A stretch of DNA of 64,000 nt from Amoebophrya sp. A120 (lineage: Eukaryota > Protista > Dinoflagellata): the NCBI GenBank assembly GCA_905178155.1, contig CAJINV010000003.1, forward strand, positions 2,681,740-2,745,739, given 5' to 3'. Below are positions 59,672-64,000 of the stretch, piece after piece; within the stretch, counting starts at the first letter, position 1, and every line of letters starts with the position of its first letter. Below the pieces are notes generated by a model that did not search any database, was not told the origin of the DNA, and saw nothing but the letters and a program-made list of their open reading frames with translations. The position numbers were made by a program, and so were the translations under genes.

Positions 59672-61699
59672 ATTGGAAGAACTACGTCGCTTGGGTTCGA
59701 ACTGGATTTTTACACCCAATGAAAATTAAGAAGTTACGGTTAGAAGAAGCCTAGCTCTGACTACAATGAATGGAAATCGAAATACAACTCCGCCAATTAT
59801 TCATACTAGCTCAAAATACAGTTATGCTGCGGAAAAAAGATCCAAAGACTGTGTGTGAATGAGAACCACCAAAATAAAAACCACTGAATCATAGAAACGA
59901 ACCGGTCGTCATTGATAGTTTCTTCTAATTCCATGATCCATCAACAAACAATTGCAAGACACGGAGAGTGTTCCGTAATCGAAATAGATCACGACTCGGG
60001 GCGATCGGAAAAAATTGTGTCGTGACAGGTGGCATACTCTGAGTCTGATCCAGCGCAAGAAATGACGTGGCTTTGGTCATTTGCAGGAAGCTATAGACGA
60101 CTGATCTTGTCGTTTCTTACAGTTACCTATAGGATGATCGAGAACCTCCATACAAAAATGGTGTAGACGGCGAAGTAAATGATCCTGATCGTCTGCTCTG
60201 GCAAAAAGTCGAAAAAAGGAACGAGATATGCGTCGCGATCTTCACCGTCGTGATGACTAAAATGGGCATCAAGACTTTGTAGCGACGTGCTTATCTTATC
60301 ATGCTGTTGCTCCGTTTTCTACGTTGTTCCGGTGTGAGTTCGATGGTGAACCGGCTAACAGAGTTTTACAGGGGCCAACTGTGTTTGGGACCATCAGTTT
60401 TGGTACGACATCAATCGAGCAAGCGAACAACGAATGCGGATGGAAGCTGATGCGCCTGAAGTACCTGTACTCGGTTTTTGCATTTTCTTTTTCTTCCTTC
60501 GAGTTCGAAATTATTGAGGCAAAGGATCGTCGCGATACCAATGTGCTGTTGAATGGTTCAAGGTTTCAGTGGTACAACTTTTGGCTGCACCATTTCTGAT
60601 TGCCAGTGATGCACAACAAGACAACTCCAAACACCCTGTGGAAAACAGTGTGCTGAGTCTTTCTGTCATCTGCTAGTGTCGCAACTCTGGTGGTTGTGCA
60701 GGTTGAGGGTGCTCCTGCTCCATTCAAAATAAATGTGTTCGGCCCCTTTAAATTTTACTATGTTTATTGAAGCAAAAAATAGAGGCGTGAATGTGAAATA
60801 CCTCTCGATAGATAGATTGCCTCTTTTTCGGTGAAACATTTTTTTGGCGAAACGCAACGGGATACGCAAGCGTCATCTTGAAGGACCACAATTTGATTTC
60901 TTCGTTCGCTCGGGAGAGCGCTTTTTCGGTCTGAATTATTAAATTATCTTCGCAGGAGGGCGGTCTCTAATTTTCATGACAAGACAGCGAAAGGCGAAAG
61001 AAAAAGACCTGAAGTGCGGGCTACGCTACTCACAGAGTCTACTATACTTGTTTTGAAGCCGCGCAACGCTCACCGGGATACGGATCGCGAAGAGCATTGA
61101 GGGAAATCGTGACTTGAGATGTAATTGAAAAGTCTTGATATATCGATGTACGAAAATGCTGCATCATCGCATTCGCCTCCCTTGTCGATGAACTGCTTTC
61201 TATGACAAGCAGCGCAAGTACGAACTTCATGAAAGAGAAAAGCATAGCAAGTTGCAGAGAAAATGACTGTGAATTTGGAAAATTTTGTGTCAAACTGAAA
61301 AGAAAACAAGCAAAAGTGAGTTGAAATATGAAAGTTTTGTTTGATACTTGGACAACTTCTACAAGAATTCGTTTTTATAAAATCAATACACCACCACCTG
61401 TGTATACTAGCTAGTAAAAATTCTAATTTTGTTTTGTCGTAAACTCGATGTCGATAGTTATGTACTTCATCAAGCTGCGAGTGTGAAGATCAACATCAAG
61501 CGAGCGCTGTGACCCAATGGTTTTCTTGGTCAACTACACATCTTGATTTGATTCCGTCTCAGTCTCTCTCGCGTCAGGATAGGATTGTCCCTGGTAAAAA
61601 AAGCAAGCACCCCAATTATGCAACTATAGTGTGTTTGCATGTTTCTGGGACGAGAAGATTTTCCGCTAACAAGGTTGAAATTCGTTTCTTCTTTCCGCT

Positions 61700-63435
61700 G
61701 CGTTTCTTCTTTCCGCTGCGGGTTGAGGTCGTCCTCGCGGCTGCTAGTTGTACAACTTACGGCTGCGACGATTCCGGTGCGCTAGAATCCGACATGACGT
61801 CAGACTCAGCACCGGTGGGCGCGACGACCTGTTGCTGCGCCCCGGACGGGGGGCGGACAGCACCCGAGGCGGGCCGCGAGGCGGACGGGGGGCGCGGCGA
61901 GATGTGACCGCCGATGGAACTCGGGATGCTCGCGCCGAAGCCCTGGATCACGGCCACGCTTTCGGACGGGGTCGACGCCATGCCGGCTTGCACTGCGACG
62001 CCGGGCTCCGCGGAGAGCAACGCTTGTTGTGCCGACTTCTTGGAGGACCGGGCCGCACCGGACTGGCGCTCCGTCATACCTGCCACCTGCGCCGCACCAC
62101 TTTGCCGGGCTGCAGAGGTGCGGACACCGGCGCCCTGCGAAAAGAATTTTCAGATTCATCGAAATCGGTCAGGTTTGATTGACGTCCTCCTTAGCTTCTT
62201 CATCTTTGTTCGATGCTTCAGTTTAAATTATGCTTCGTGATCATGATACGGATGCAGGCACTAAAAAAGTTTTACTAATACTAGGCTCGAAAAATTTGAC
62301 ATCAAAAACTAAAACTGCTCAATACTAATTTTAGAAGTATACCATGACTGCGCCTGCGTTCAGTGCAATGCCAGCTGCACCCGGTGTAGCTGCTGCGCCG
62401 CGCTGCTGCGCGGCTGCAGCTCCTGGTGCGGCACCCCTTCCGGTAGCTGGTCGTGCCCCCTGCCGCGTGGCTGGCGCAGCGGCCTGATCCCGGCGGTTCA
62501 GGAGCAACAGGGCAGCCACCAGTGCGCCGGCCAACATGCCGAACAGCAGGGCCATACCCAGGCTCTTCCAGGGAAACCCGGTCTTGCTGTTCAGGTCGGT
62601 GAGCTGGTCCTCCGTCATTTCGGCCCAGTTCGGTTCCCCCACGCACTTGTCCTCGCCGTTCGTGTATCACACTGAAAAAAAACTGTGCTAGCATAAAAAT
62701 TCTGTTTATAGTACACCACCACGTAGTTATAGTTTCTGTTTCATCTTGTGATCACGTGCAGGTGATCATCATCCCACATCTTTCTTGTTCTTCTTCCTTG
62801 TCTTTATCTCTATGCTCCTTCGTACACTTTCTTCGTCCTCTTGAGGTACAAAGAAGGAACGCAAACGCATGCCTCTATTGTATTATGCACATGCTTTAGG
62901 CCATCAAGGCCAACATGGCCATCTCTACAAAAATTCATAGTCGAGGACACCTTTGCAGGTGTGCTTCTACGGCCGCTCCTGCTAAAAGATCAAGATACAG
63001 ATTATAAATGATCCATCAGTTAAATCCATCAGTTTTCTTGCTCGTCGTATTATATCAAACAAGATCATGGCAAAAGTAGTACTATGCTAGCGCAAAAAAT
63101 CATCAAGTTTCCACGAGGATAGGTTGTACAGGTCCTTGCAACCCGCGTCGAAGTACAGGGAGTCCTTGCAAGAAGCGCCGTCCTTGTACTTCGGCCACCG
63201 AATGTACACCGACAGAGTTTTCGCGTTGATGGGCTCCTGCTTGGTGTAGGCCGAAGTCTTCACCTTGGCGGCACACCAGATCATTTGGTTACGGTCCGCG
63301 TAAATTTCGAACCGGTCCACCCCGCTCATCGCCTGGCACATGGCACAGTTCTGGTCCGGTTCGACCTTGTCTCCCAAGATCAAAGCTTCCGTGAAGGTCG
63401 CGTACATCGGATTGGCGTCGTGAATGTGTTCCCGG
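61700..63435 (-). CDS. Putative type I membrane protein, 5' part incomplete
   Basis: GC-rich exons at ~63090-63435, ~62340-62670 and ~61700-62135; Cys-containing segment, then TM LGMALLFGMLAGALVAALLLL followed by NRR and a low-complexity tail. Confidence 0.5.
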
Positions 63436-63621
63436 TATAGCAGAGAAAAATATTAGCAGAGATTTAAGAGCACGAATGTTGAAAGTGATCTTCTATAACT
63501 CCTATTGCTGAGCGGTGCGAGTTAAAATTTTGCAACGGGAAAGAAAATCGCCCACGTCGACAATTTTTTTGCAATTTTCAAACTTTCTAAAGCTGTCGCG
63601 ATTTGCGAAATCGCTCACCGC

Positions 63622-64000
63622 CCAACGGCCAACGGCAACCGGCCAAATCGCAAACGGCCAACGGCCAAATCGCAAACGGCCAACGGCCAAATCGCAAACG
63701 GCCAACGGCCAACGGCCAACGGCCAACGGCCAACGGCCAACGGCCAACGGCCAACGGCCAACGGCCAGCGGCCAAATCGCAAACGGCCAACGGCCAACGG
63801 CCAACGGCCAACGGCCAACGGCCAACGGCCAGCGGCCAAATCGCAAACAGCCAACGGCCAAATCGCAAACGGCCAACGGCCAAAACGCAAACGGCCAGCG
63901 ACCAAATCGCAAACGGCCAACGGCCAACGGCCAAATCGTAAACGGCCAGCGGCCAAATCGCAAACGGCCAACGGCCAAATCGCAAACGGCCAACGGCCAA
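63622..64000. repeat. Minisatellite of GGCCAAC units interspersed with GGCCAAATCGCAAAC
   Basis: Directly visible tandem array running off the window end. Confidence 0.95.

Noticed and set aside
63502-64000. ORFs with LAVGRWP / PTANGQR repeats
   Set aside because: Translation of a 7-bp minisatellite

Overview
Eukaryotic, intron-rich genomic DNA. All recognisable genes lie on the minus strand: a DPM1-like GT2 glycosyltransferase, a dinoflagellate-type coiled-coil protein, a large EGF-repeat membrane protein, an UNC-93-like MFS protein, a ricin-B-like repeat protein, a ZCCHC10-like zinc knuckle protein, eIF2A, cyclophilin, a 768-aa orphan, cytosolic glutamyl-tRNA synthetase and a type I membrane protein. 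Alongside ordinary GT-AG introns, the genes carry at least 24 non-canonical introns that are MITE-like introner elements of about 8 TIR types. Each is bounded by TAT...ATA-type terminal inverted repeats and a 5-bp target-site duplication (TSD). In the junctions I translated, removing the element plus one TSD copy restores the reading frame. This architecture points to an Amoebophrya-like (Syndiniales) dinoflagellate (inference). Beyond the known introner picture I see four things: the same introner family sits in both orientations relative to transcription; one short motif (TGTVATGC) is shared across families; a second element has inserted twice inside introners at TGCA-N5-TGCA with 14-15 bp TSDs; and there are stacked insertions with very long (23-54 bp) duplications. 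Coordinates were read by eye and gene ends are approximate.
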